DNA of 64,000 nucleotides from contig NMRA01000416.1 of NCBI GenBank assembly GCA_002633005.1, positions 206,759-270,758 on the forward strand, given 5' to 3'. The first letter of the stretch is position 1. The number at the start of each line of letters is the position of its first letter. The stretch comes from Phoronis australis. Taxonomy: Eukaryota; Animalia; Phoronida. Under the pieces are notes generated by a model, which saw only the letters and a program-made list of their open reading frames with translations, did no database searches and was not told the origin of the DNA. This document shows, piece by piece, positions 26,913-39,863 of this stretch. Position numbers and translations under genes: made by a program.

Positions 26913-28318
26913 GTAAGGACCTTGATCAACGCCCAATGTATTCCTAGTACTTTGTACTGAACAAATGTCAACACATTTCAGATAAAGTATTTTATGGATG
27001 ACCCTTGGTCATTGGGCCTTTAATATTTGCACTGGATGTATCCCAGTCACATATCTTGCTAGGTTCGTGGGGTGATGGGTTCATGGAAAAGTTCACAATG
27101 TGCCTAAGAAAAAGAATTTTAAGGCATACTGTCAATGCTTGTTGTCCTTTACTATAGACTGTCACATTCATAAAATTAAATGTAATTTGTGCAGCAATAA
27201 ATTGTTCACAGATAGTCTGTTACTATGTCTGTTAACATTGGTTCATTGAACTTACTGTGATGTCATTGCACCTGATGTGAGAAACCCTATAACATTGACA
27301 ATAGATAGGCCAGTTAGCACCTGAGGGTACTTACTTAGGGTACTAGGAATGTATGAGACAGGGTATTTAGATGGGTGACTTCCCATCCATCGAACCTGTC
27401 TTTAAGCCAGTAATTATTATAGTTATTGTTAAAGTGCCATAACCCTGCACCCCATCAAAGAAGTTATCGATTTAGACCACTTGTCATCACAAAGTTCCTT
27501 ATTTAGATGAGAGTTGGTTTGTGGGCATGGAAAGAAATGACAGTTCACTGCTGCTCAATACCATTCTTACTAAAAATTATGACCAACTGTGGCATACCAT
27601 TGCCAAGTTTTTGTGCCTCAATTCAAGCAAGGACGATCTTCATGGTAGCCCCTTCCAAGCCCAGATTTCTCTCGTAATCTATCTAAGGAACACTTCAAGA
27701 TCAATTTCATTACTGTAAGTCGTGTAGCTTGAATCCGCAGATTATGATATTTTGATTGTGACACGTTTGTGTATTTTTGGTTTATGTACCATGTTAGCCA
27801 TACTTTAGAATCCATATTCGTGTTTTGTCAATGTCACATTTCTTTCAGCAGATTATTTAGGGAACTTTTACTTAGGAACCAGATTTGTTTTTGTACATTT
27901 TTGAAAAACTGGGTTTTGCACAGTGCTTTTTCATCACTGATGCTTAACAGAAAAGTACAAGGAAGGAAAATGTGAAATACAATACCGCTCTGATCAAGTT
28001 GACATACTCAAACATTGCTCCCTCATTCTTAGTGATAATTAGTGAGATACTAGAAAGTTGTTTTGATTTTCGCTTTTCAGCTTACAGACAAAGTCATGAA
28101 AGCCATATCTGAAACAGTGTGCATGTAGAATTTGTAAAACTGAATTAGTTACCAATGGCCTCTTCTAAACTTCTGTGTTGTAGCTAACTCGTAGAAAACT
28201 GAAATAAAATTTGTAGATACAAGGATAATTGTGCTCTTCAGACCTCTTGGTTTACGTCTTAGAAATGAGTTATTTGGTTCACTTCGGAACACCATCAAAG
28301 AGAATTTTTGTAATAATA

Positions 28319-28473
28319 CATGGGCGGATCCATGATTTTGAGTTGGGGGGATGGGGCAGGACAGAGTATTAGCTAGGATTTTTCCCGTCAGACATTCGCA
28401 CCCTCAAACCGCCGAATGTAATCTGGGAGAATTTTAGGTGGGGGGGCATGGCTCCTCTCTAAATCCGCCACTG
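28319..28473. mobile_element. hAT-like MITE (155 bp)
   Basis: Termini CATGGGCGGATC and AATCCGCCACTG, with an 8-bp TSD TAATAATA/TAATAGTA. Related ends at 11485, 14631 and about 45060. Confidence 0.7.
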
Positions 28474-29577
28474 TAATAGTACTTGTTGAATTCTCTTTGA
28501 CAACACAAATTGCAAATGATTGAAAGGATTCAAATGAAACTGTGACTTGCAAACTCAGTTCTTCAAAACACTATTATGCACCATACAATATCACCAATTA
28601 AGAGCAACCATAATTGCCAAAGTTGTATTTTTCATTTTTCAAAGGTTTTTAAAGTTGTGAATGCCGACAGTTTCTCAAATCATCTAATGGTAGATACGCT
28701 GTAGAACTATAAAATGATGGAAGTCAAGTGCTACTATGTTCAATGCCCCTTGTCCACCAAATTATTCTAAACTGGTTTTGTTTTGCTATGGATTTTTATG
28801 AAAAAGAAAATATAACTAAGAAAACTTCACAGAACTTTCGTTCTCGAATATTTAACATCAAGAATATTTAACATCAAACGAAACTTGACCATGTTGAAAG
28901 TTTACTTGAAAGACATTAAGTGATCTTATCACTGGCAGAATGATTTATAAAGTTTAAATTTTCGTGCAAATAATGAACGGTAAGCTTCTTGCAAATCGAG
29001 TAAAAGGAAACGGGTAAAACTAATTTGGCAGTATGGTGTCCAAATCAAAAGTTTGCTTTTTGGACAGAGCCTGGTTTTATAGTCACTGCTTTAACAAGCA
29101 CGTGCTAAAGAATAATAACATAATTTCAACATAACGAAAATAAACAGAATCTCAATAAAAACTTATCTGATATCAAACACTTTTAAGTTTAAAAAGTACT
29201 TCATCGAGTACAAAGTAGGAACCAGAAACACTGCATTTAATATTCAGGAGGTTTGACACAGTTTGTCAAAAAGCCATGATTTTACAGCATTGGCCAATTT
29301 ATGAAACACTAGAACATCTTTAAAACAATACCAAACCCTATTCTGGCCTAGTAACAGAGACTAAAAACAGCTTTCCCGTCCAGTTCTCTGAAACGAAATA
29401 ATGCTCTGTAATCCTCGATAACCCTCAAAAGTTTGGATGGAAATTTGAAAACTCCTTTCAAAGTCTGATAAACGGGCAAGCGTGACCTATGATTCGGCTA
29501 TTTTTAGCCGCCTGTGCGGCACTGGACAAGATTTCAATACTGATGATGTTACTATCCTAGACTGTGCGGAAGACTGC

Positions 29578-29753
29578 CTCCCGTTCAGTAACGCTAGGAC
29601 CTCGCTCAAAAGCAAGACATCGCGAGATTACCTGAGATATTGCCGTGCATTTCAAATGAGAAGACGTGACTTTGACTAGGTTTTAGCTAGGACCAATATC
29701 TCAAATTACTCCCAGGTTTTAGCTAGGTCCTAGCGTCTACTGAACGCACGCCT
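29578..29753. mobile_element. Small TIR element (Harbinger-like MITE)
   Basis: CGTTCAGTA-ACGCTAGGACCT at about 29582 is inverted as AGGTCCTAGCGTCTACTGAACG at about 29725-29746. Confidence 0.45.
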
Positions 29754-30405
29754 GGTTCAGAACGGGTGTAGAGGAAGCTCTCCATGAGCGCATTGATAAG
29801 CCTCTTCAAATGAAAGAGGCGGTTTAAGATTCGATTTGTCACATGTATGGCTTGGTGTTCTGACGTCAATGCCGCGCCGTCTGGTCAAAACGTCACCAAT
29901 TGGCCAGAATAACGATAACGTCACAAGCCAAGCTGAGTCCGTGAGATGCGACGCAACGTCACTATTTTTTTGTAAGTTTTTATTCCAGTCAAACTTTATT
30001 TGCTTTCTCAACTGGATGTCTCAAAATTTTCATGCTTTTATGTGCTATCATAACATAAACACATGGTCAAAGGCAAATATGTTGATTCATTTCCTTTGCA
30101 CTCATAGGAGGCAACAATTTCAGTAAACAAATCATACCTTTAATTAATTACACAACAACTACTATATACGTAATTAACACTTCTCACGCACATAGCTTAC
30201 CCAACTTGTAATGTGTCTATTAATCTAAATCATATCAATGTTAAATAAACTGACATGTTCGTCCTACATAAAATCTCCCGTAACAATAGGTCAAATATGT
30301 AGCATTTACAAGGCATGTAAATGTTTACAAGTTCTAATGTGTTTGTATCATACTTTAATGATAAATAAATGACATGTTCATCCTACATAAAATCTCCCCG
30401 TAACA

Positions 30406-31020
30406 ATCATGAAGTCTGTCATTCTGCCTCATAGGTTCGCTAAGTAGATCTTTCCCTCCACACTGAGCAGTGAAATTGGTCGAAACTGCCTAATCTGCTT
30501 CGAGCCTTCTTCTTTTGGAACGTAAACTCCTGCAGCTCGCCCCCCCTGGGTTGGGGAATCTTACACAACTCCCAGAGCCTTTCACTCAACTTGGGACACA
30601 TCTCATTGACCTTGTAGGAAAGTCTACTTGGACCAGGGGCTGACCCCGATCGAGCTTTCTTCACAGGGCTATCCATTTCTGACTTCCTAATGTCCCCCAG
30701 ATCAAAACCTTCGTCTGGTAAATCTGCCTCTAGACCTGGGAAGTCGCCAAGGGGAGTATCTTTCAACTCAAGGTGATCCTCCAAGTCTGCCTGGGTGCAG
30801 GTAAGTGTTCAGTCCGCTTTTGCTCTTGCCTAAAAGCCTTGAAGCATACTGGTAAGGTTCCTAATGAATTTCTCCCTCTGCCTTGACCGTTTCGTTCTAT
30901 TTTGTGCACCTCGTTCTGCCTTGTGGAGGGACAAAAGTCGCCTCATATGTTAGGTGAGTAATTTCTGCTTTTTCGTGCACCACTGCACTCTTCCACAGGC
31001 GACGGAGTTCTCTAAGCTCT
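30406..31020 (-). mobile_element. Hero-like non-LTR retrotransposon RT, 5' part (same element as 22641-23662)
   Basis: KKARSGSAPGPS, then after a frameshift PKEE...QFRPISLLSVEGKIYL...MTDFM, which continues into IKNKYIFTSSQKGG at about 23657. Confidence 0.85.
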
Positions 31021-32888
31021 CTACGGAAATACCAACTCCCAGTTAAATAAAGCGAGGGCATGCGAAAATTGCAAGGACAAATTTTAAAAAATCGCAATGT
31101 ATCAGTTGCCGTAAGGGCGCTTTCTCGAACAAAGAGGGGCATGGATACAATGCTCCAAATCATAACGCATGAGATCAAGCAAGAAGTAATTTAAAAACCT
31201 TGCGAAAAGAAGCAACCCTTGCAAATGAAGACCTTGCGCCTGAATCAATGGCTAACTTCACTTGAGAACAGTTGTGTTTACAACTCCAAATTGCCGCCCC
31301 CACATTGTTACAAATATTCAGGACTATGTCATCTAGAAAACTTGAATCTTGGCCACTGGTGCCACCCGACCTTTGTTGTCCTTATGCTGCCTTCTGTACA
31401 ATGGGGAAAATCGTCGATCATTTGAGTTTTTGTCTACATGGATCAGCCTACAGCTGTTCATACGAGGACACAGCAACGTGGAGAGTAAACAGTGTGATAT
31501 TGTTTTCAATTTGTTCTGTAGAATTATCAAAAAAAAAATGTTTTTCGCATACATGATAAGCTTCATTGAAAACTTCTATTAGGCCTAATGAGTATGCCGG
31601 CGGACACCTCACTATTCTTGTGCCCCTGGGAAAAAGGGCGTATACAATTTCAAGACAAAAATATCAATGAGATAGATCGCTCAATAAGCAAATCTTAGTT
31701 GTGAAAAATAAACCATTCCCATGTCAACAGTTATTTCAAAATTATGGCGAGACAAAGCCAATGTCGTTAACTTTGACATCTGTTCGTCGCCATTTTCGCC
31801 TCGCGTTGAAAACGGCCAAACCCTCCGATTGTTGAAAATTCGCTCCCGACTGAGCAAACGATGATCGCGTACCCGCGATTTAGTAGTATATTGCCAGCGA
31901 AGACTCAGTCGCATATTAAATCCTCACTCTTTTAGGAAACAAACGCAGAACCACTAATAGATACAGGGTTAAAGCAAAATCCGTGGCTCTTTTGTATAGT
32001 CCCTATTGTCCTTTTTCATTTTCCACCACACTCACTGACGAATACATAATGAGAATCCATGATACTATTCAAACAGTGCTTCCGGTAGACATAAAATTCA
32101 TGAAACCTACGTAGATCACACGAGTATTAGCGAGGCATCGGTGTACATAAGATACGAGACCAAAATGACCGACAGGCGTTAGTACGTCTGTGGAAATTCT
32201 GATTTAGTCATGACAGTCACTTGATAGTGTTTCCAATTTAGAAAATCAGCTACGTATTAGCATCCCTGTTTCATGCCTCACAAACTGTACACATCGGCGG
32301 ATTTGGGGTTACATTAGTGCCACCGCGATTTTCTAAGGACAGTATATCAACGTCGTTTAATCTGCCCTTGCTTAAATAAGGTTCATATGTACTGAACGGA
32401 TAACAAAACCGGTACTATCACCCCGAAATTTGTATAGTCTTCGGCAAAATTATTTATTCTTTTATTGGCGGCGCACCACAGAAAAAGTGAGGGCTATAGA
32501 CCCCAGCCCCCCCTCCAGCCCCCCTTCCAGCCCCCCTTCCAGCCCCCTATGGTGCGCCGCCCCTCTTAACAACACGGCAAATGTACGGGTGGTTCCCGGC
32601 AGCACGCAGTGGGCGGGTACTTCAGCTTTCAAAGTTCGCCGATAGGACCACAACTTCTGACCTTCGGGCTAATGTGAACAAGAAGTTCACCTGTTACTTC
32701 AGAAGCACTACGAAGAGTATGCAGTGCAGTGACAACTTCACTGTCCGTTTCCAAATATATATTCAGTCATGTTGTTTTGCCTATCCTGGAGAATCGACCA
32801 GTGTTATCTGCCCCTGTAATAGCATGGAAAGCCGGAAGAGGGTTTGCCTGGGCAGCACCTAGTGCACCTATGTTACAAAATACCTATG

Positions 32889-34904
32889 TTACAAAATGCC
32901 AGATTCCATTGAGACTGAAGTATTTCTGAGAAGCCGGTCATAGTAGGCAATGACGAGTACCAGAACATCTGTATGAGGTGAAAAAAGTTTGAGCTGAGAA
33001 TCGGGGACGTTTTGATATGATGCCAGGACTGCATGATGTATTACCAACGTATCTGCTTCTTCGTGATTGTTTTTGTCAAAACGTAGATGACTAATTGGCA
33101 AAGTCTGCAGACAGATATGAAGAATCTCATTGGCATTGTTGGAAATACCAGTCAATACAAAATGGGCCTTCCACCATCCTTTTGAGGTGTTCACAAGCTT
33201 AGTATGCACCAAAGGACACAAATGGGATTTCGGTTTTGATGACTGAGATGCTTGTTCCAAGTTCAGTCCAGATGCTTTGGTGGTTGGTTCTTAGGTCTTG
33301 AATATCATCAATGTATGTAGGCCGGAGTGATGCTGCCACAAATACCAGGATGGTTTGGACTTGATGCAGATATTTCACAATGGACTTAAACAGGTCATTG
33401 GCTGTTCATTTGACTGTCCCGTGTTTCAAGTGTTTCGGCAATCCAGCAAATAGTGGGTAGTTTACTTTGTGCTCTCGGCCTTTGTGGTTTTGTTCTTCTC
33501 TTAACAGGCTGTTGGTGCAGACTTTAGAGCCTCACGGCAAACTGCTTGTGCTCTCGGCCTTTCTGGTCTTGTTCTTCTCTTAACAGGCTGTTGTTGCAGA
33601 CTTTAGAACCTCACGTCAAACTGCCTCTAACTGTAGATTTTCTTTAAAGAATTCCTCTAGGACTATCTCAATCAGTGCCGTATATGATTACATGTAAATA
33701 TGGACTCGGAAAGCGCGCTTATAGAGAGTGTACTTTAGAATCTGTCTAGTTGTTGCTGTGCCAAAGACGTTGGCTTCTACCCAGGCATCACCTTTGCCGG
33801 AATGTTCTATGAACTTCCCAAGAGCTATCTGAGCTGCCATTATAGCGTACAATTCCCCATGTCTTGGGATCACTGTTTGCTTCAGTTCAGGTCTGGTATC
33901 CAGGAGCTGCTCAACTCTCTGATATAGACCCACGTCACATGGAATGACAGTTCGATGAGCTTCGCCAACAACCAGCCTCTTCAACTGTCTCGTCTGCATA
34001 ACAACTAATAGCAGGGTCGACCACTCATTTGCCACCTCTGGAAATAGTGGTAAAGCACCTAAGTCAGTGAGAGACTGGCTTGTATAGATGAGTGAGTTGA
34101 AGCCTGCCCAGTATGTGATCTTCCTCTTGTTCTCTTTATTCCTTAGCCTGGTTACAGCCAAAGGTATTACCCATACAATGTGTTTCGGCTGATATGTACC
34201 AGAGATACCCTCTGTCTTGGCTACAAAATCATGTGTTCTTTTGCTTGGTTGTGGTTTTGGATTGTCGCTACGGACCATACGTACGTGGAATGGTGTGACA
34301 GTGAGGTTCTCTGCTTCTCTGATGGTTAAAGGTGTTTGTTTTCAATTCCTTGCCCCACAAATGGGTGTGGAGCCATTAAAACTAACATTGTATACATGTA
34401 AAATAACTTATTGTGTATAAAAATGATTTATTTACATTCATAATCATATGTCATTGTAATCTTAACATCAGTTTTTTAATTTATGTATTTGAGTATAATA
34501 ATTGTATATAGATTTCTGTGTATTTATTAAATCCAGGTACGATTTCATAATAAACATTAAAAAAACCAAGAGCAATGAGCAAAATGTATTTTACGGGTGC
34601 TATTTTTGAAAATCCAAGACAGCCTCCAAAGAATTAATCTTTTTAATTCCTTGCCCCGAGAAATGCTGGTGTATCCGACGACCCAAGTGCTTAGAAATTG
34701 AGCAAAATGGCGGCCAAAAATGGATTCAATTACTTTCTGATTCGTCATTTTATGAGTTTTTCAAAAAATTTTCCACTTTCTCCAGACAATTCCAACGAAT
34801 GTCAAAATTTGGACATAGTGAACCTGACTATAAGGAGGATCTATGTCTCAAGACTAGTGAAGCAGTTAAATGAAAAATCGTTTAAATTTGTCACCCTCCA
34901 TCTA
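32889..34904 (-). mobile_element. Academ-like (AcademX) transposon remnant
   Basis: Transposase-like YWAGFNSL...PLFPEVANEWSTLL...CDVGLY...IPRHGELY...KFIEHSG (33688..34278) plus XPG/PIN-like NHEEADTLVIHHA...HTDVLVL (32889..33260). Possible TAGATGGAGGG terminus at 34904. Confidence 0.65.
33468..33625. repeat. Two-copy ~79-bp tandem duplication
   Basis: TGTGCTCTCGGCCTTT...CAAACTGC is repeated twice with a few substitutions. Confidence 0.85.
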
Positions 34905-36722
34905 GTGGATGGTACAAAACCCAGACCTTGCCAACCACAACAGACTGCACCAACTATGCCCTTAAGCCGGAGTCGGCTCTCTGCCCTGTTAACAACCACT
35001 TGAAGATTCCATTTTCTGCCTGCTGATACCTGAACCTCTGATTAGCTAACAAATCTGTCTCTGGAATCTCGGGTTGTGGGAACTTTTCTTGCTTTTGACA
35101 CCTTGAAGTCTTAAACCAGAAATCTTGGCGGAAGGAATACTACTGCCGTCGTACTATATAATACAACTTATACAACTTACGTGAAACTCACTGGTACCCC
35201 CAACCATTTCCTGATTAGCTGGTTTGCCTCCAGTTGCATACATTCGACTGCTGAGATGGGGATGCTGCAAACCGAAAGCGGCGATAAGACCTTGGGTAGT
35301 AAAGCGAGTTGAAAACACCACAGCTTGAACTTCCCCGGCAAAGTGCATCTTTTGATCTTCTAATTCTCGCGGAACAGGGTCGCGTGTCCATTGCATTTGT
35401 GAAGTCGCTTAAGCTGCTGTCGCAAGGCCCTAGGAAGCGGGGGGGGGGGGCNGGGGGGGGGGGGCACGAGCCCCCAAAAATTTTTCTAGCGTCTGTGTTC
35501 AACTGTGGCAACCGACATATGCGTGGGGTGGGGACAGTCGAGAAAAGAAATACTGCCAAATGCGGATAAGAGAGAAAAATAAAAGGAAACATTTAACAAC
35601 TCTGTATCAGTCCATGATTTACCTTTGGGGACCCTGGCCAGGACATTGTTGTTGAGGTCTCCACTTTCGCAGCACATGTCTTCTAAACGCACTTGAAAAC
35701 GTGCACGTAATGATTCATGCATTATATTTCGAAAAATCGAAAAAAAAACTTGTAAAGCGAAGTTTTTGCGGAGCGTACTACTTTACTTGATTTTTAAATT
35801 CAATATGTCAAAATTATGCCACTGCAAAACCATATTTTTCCAGTGTCCCCTCTCTGGCAAGGGATAACGGAAACAACTGTCGCATTTCTCTCGAATTGTG
35901 CATCACTTGTTGTCCTGACAGATATCATCAATTGCTGCACATTTCTTTAGTTTTCAAAATATTAATTGTTTTATATTGGGGGCCCCACCCTTCAAGGAGG
36001 CCATTGATGACATTTAAGTGGCCACCCTTTTTATGTTTTTATTGACAAATTCTTAAGGGTCCTCTCACTGATAGATGGCCCAATGTTGGACTTGTTTTGG
36101 GAAATCGTGCATCTGACTTTCATGTTGGAGAGGGTCACTCCCTGCACCGTCTTGTGTCCACACGACGGTGGAATGAACTGTCACTCTTTTCCAAGCTTAA
36201 TGATATCCAGTCTTTCATAATTAAGGTGTCCCATTTCAGACGGTACCCTCTCTCGGTAGAGCAGTTCGAGGAAATGTCTCTTTGTCCCTCTATACATGAA
36301 AATCTGACACCATGGGCGGCGCAGGCACTGACAAAGTGGGGGGCTAAAGCCCCCCCAGCCCCCTGTGATGCACCTCCCATAGACCATGGGTGGCCCAGCA
36401 CTGAAAAAAGTGGAGCGCTCTAGCCCCCATCCCCCTTTAGTGCGCCGCTCATGGACACTGCCAAGTATTCTCGAGCGAAGTTGAGATTTCAAATTCATAA
36501 AAAACACAAATATTCGTGCACAGCACAGCAGTATCAAGACACTCGAACCAAGCAACCAAAATTGTGAAAAACACGATAGGATTGGCCTCCATCGAAAGAC
36601 TGGAATTTTGAAGAACGTGAAGACCCCTATTTGTTAATTACACAAAAGGACTATTTCCGATGGTTAGTTATAGACTAATTAGAAACGGACAATCGTTACA
36701 CGAATAAAAAAGTTCATGGTAA

Positions 36723-36759
36723 CTCAACGTTTCGTCTTTTCATAAGACATCATCAGGAT
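36723..36759 (-). ncRNA. Minimal type-I hammerhead ribozyme motif (Penelope-like element end)
   Basis: Minus strand reads ATC-CTGATGA-T-GTCTT-ATGAA-AAGAC-GAAA-CGTTGA. It has both conserved core boxes, a 5-bp helix II and a palindromic ACGT helix III. Confidence 0.55.
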
Positions 36760-37948
36760 ATGTACAGTAGAACAAGTGTCTATTACCATTCAAGTCACAT
36801 CCATGTGGTGAAATGAGAGTGAGAGATTGTCCGTTTTCTAATCGTACTATGGGCATCACAAGAATAGCATCTCTTTTGAAAATGGTTACTATGAGTTATG
36901 AGGAATTCCCACATGTGAAAAACACAGCTGTCGAGGCTACCATTGGGGTGACCGTGTTCATGTAGCCTACATGTCAAACGAGAGTACTAAAATACTGGCA
37001 ATAATAAACAAATATTTTAGCTTTTTTGGGGGGGTAAAGTTAAACTCGTGAACCGTTATAGGTACCTCGGAAATGAACAAAAATACACCCTACTATGAAT
37101 GCCCCTGGTTACCCGCCAAAAATCTGCGAGCATCCGCTGTGGAAATTGCTTCTAACATTCCGTTTTTATTAACAAATTCGTTGGTTTCTGATTTACATGT
37201 TCATGTATCTCCGAAAACAGGTTTATAGATTGTTTTTGGCAATTAGAAGCCAGGATATGAAAAAATCTATTATCCACCCCCGTATAGTAAAGTGCACCTG
37301 GATGCTTTTTGCCGATCTAAAATAACTCTCAAAGACATTGATGAAATTTGGACACTTCCCAAAAATTTTCTCACAATTCAAATGACAATAAATACATTGC
37401 TTTTTTACTTCAGTACAAGTTTTGTTGTTTAAACTCACTAGCAGGGAACAAAAAGGAATTAAGTCATTAAATCAAGGTAAACGCATTTCTCATGGATTTG
37501 ATTGTTGGTTTCTGATTTACATGTTTATGTATCTGTGAAAGTGGACTGATTGACGGATGATTTTTCGATATTTAAAAGCTAATTTTGTAGAAATGACAAT
37601 GCTTCAATGAACTTAGTTGTAAGAGACAGCGGGAAAATTCGATCTATCATCAGATTCCGAAATATACAAGTACATCTACGCTAAACGAATTTTGTCTATC
37701 TGAAATAAGTCTCAAGGAAATTAATAAATTTCGGACAGCTCTACAAAGTGTCCCAAAATGCTCTCACAATTTAAATATCAATTGGCTTAGGAACTAGATT
37801 ACTGGGTTTACGTTTACAAACCGTAGAATGAAAAAGACGTTTATGTACTTAAATAAATAAAATCTAAATCATCGGTCATCAACTTGGAAAGGTTCTCATT
37901 ACAGTTCTTTGCAGGTGTTTTTAGTTTCCAGTAGTATTGAGCAATGAT

Positions 37949-38764
37949 TTTGTTCTTCAAAACTGAATCGTTTGCTTGCATTTCCCGTTCATACTACACA
38001 CTCGGTATGCGCGCACCCAGCCTAACATTTCGAGGATTTGGACCTTTTACTAAAGAAAAAAAAACGGAATACGGGGTACGTTCAGGGCTATGAATTATGC
38101 ATACGCCAAATTTCTACATTTTTAGTGGACTTTTGTGTCGTTTTTCTCGAACATTTTGTTTCTTTGAGGCAGACATTTTTGCCCACTTTTTCAAATGGGG
38201 GGAGGGGGGCTCATCGGAGACCTCCTCTCGGTGCGCCCATGTACGGAACACGTAATGACTAGCACACACACGTTAAAAATAAGGTGTAAACATGCAGTAG
38301 GCCTGCGTAGAATATCAGTTACCAACGAACCTCAATTTGAACTCCAGATGTTGAAGTGTGTGCATTTTTGGGACACACTCTGTATCATTTTGCCCAGCAA
38401 CCAGAAACTGGACTACCGCTTGTGTTTCATCTAGAGATTCTGAAACTGCACTCATACCAGGCACCTTGGGACCTCACTTTTCCAAAAAATACTCCAAACA
38501 GTGGCCATAATAAAATGAAGTTGTCCCGAAACTGGATCGTAAAACAAACCTTGACCTTCGACCCAAAGCAGAGGAATAGGCACGATTACACTGTTGGGGT
38601 CTAGCTATACATGTAGTTACTTCAGGCAGCTCCCAGCTTCCCGTCAGTACGGTGACCCTAGAACCATTCTTACTGTCTCCGTGAAACTTTGTTGGTTCAT
38701 GGTGACTCAAATCCTGATGGCTGCATCCCCGGTATTATCCCAGCCTACGGCAGACGTGTGTGTG

Positions 38765-38796
<32 letters not shown>

Positions 38797-38903
38797 TGTC
38801 TGTGTCAAACCAGGTGCTGACGAGTCATGTNAGCAATTGGGCAGGTTGGTGAAGTCAAATTGGTTTGTGCTCCCCCAATAATTTTTTCCTTCCTACGGGC
38901 CTG
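37949..38903. mobile_element. Non-autonomous DNA element (hAT-like end), copy 2
   Basis: Diverged paralogue of 11758-12856. It lacks the 150-bp MITE and carries a (GT)n/(GTGC)n tract at about 38756-38805. Confidence 0.65.
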
Positions 38904-38929
38904 ATAGGCCATTGGTTTAGGTATGATCA

Positions 38930-39863
38930 CAGAAATTTTCATCTGTTCAGAAGAAAAAGTCAACCGTATAGACTACGGAATCAACATGACCAGAAAGATT
39001 AAAATGTTCCATGCCAATCTGTTGAAGGCATATCATGAACGTGAGGCTAACAGCATCGCAGGGAAGGATGGAATGTCAGTGCAGACTACTTAAGTCGACT
39101 AGCAGAAGCAAGTCAGGGAGCACCTTAGAGACGGAGAAGATCATATATCTGTGTTAGATGATTTTGTGTTAGAAATTATAGAGTAATTTTATCTTTGGCA
39201 GGGGTGTGTTGGCACTGTTTTTAGTTGTATCGTTTTTTTGTTGTACTGTTTGATTGGTGCATTACCCCTGAGGTCAGTGATGATGTACACTGTAATTTGT
39301 TTACTACTAAATAGTGTGGAGCTTTCTCAAAGTCTCTTGGATGACAGTGATTAATGCAGTCTGGACATTTATTAGTCTCTAGAATGATTGGGTAGATTTC
39401 GGAAAGTTCTAGAATGGGTTTGAACAGGTGAAAAGTTCTAGAACACCGCATTAGTCTATAAATACCCAGGCGCGGGTTTGTATTAGTCAGTTAAGCAGTT
39501 CAGCAGTCGGAGTAAAGAAGTTAACAGTTAAACACTGAGTTGGGAAAATTCAACAGTTGAGTTGCAGGGAAGAGAATCAGCAGTTTCAGCGAGAGTCGGA
39601 AGAGAGCCAGCTGAGAGAGAGGGCAGGTTATTTGAATTGGCGAGTATAACAGAAGTTCATCACAAGTCAAGGCTTCGCAGAACTGGCTGGAGAATAAAAC
39701 GGACATTACGTTGGGCGTTTTGTTTGAATAGGCTTGTGAACGCACGGTCGCGATTAATAAAAAGATTAACTCGAACCAGTCTACAGTCTATCGTCGCACC
39801 GAAAGCTATCAGCCCCGGTCTGGAACAACCTGCGCCCACCCACACACGGGGAAACACGTGACA
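38930..39863 (+). mobile_element. Internally deleted Gmr1-type Gypsy 3' end plus a ~657-bp LTR
   Basis: EEKVNRIDYGINMTRKIKMFHANLLKAYHER (integrase C-terminus) is followed by NVSADYLSRL (RNase H end) and PPT GGCAGGGG. The LTR runs TGTTGG (39207) to GTGACA (39863), with TATAAATA near 39458 and AATAAA near 39693 and 39756. Confidence 0.7.

Larger units (their letters stand above)
23663..30405 (-). mobile_element. LTR-bounded insertion (Gmr1-type Gypsy) with ATCAT target-site duplication
   Basis: Begins TGTCACG (23663) and ends CGTAACA (30405), with ATCAT on both sides. LTR sequence occurs at 23663-24731, 25111-25278 and about 30050-30405. Includes an N gap and apparently unrelated sequence at about 26913-30040. 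Confidence 0.75.

Noticed and set aside
26913-26936. QGPY as an integrase GPY/F motif joined to the RT ORF
   Set aside because: It lies across an 87-N gap of estimated size, the frame continuity is artificial, and the flanking sequence is not integrase-like.
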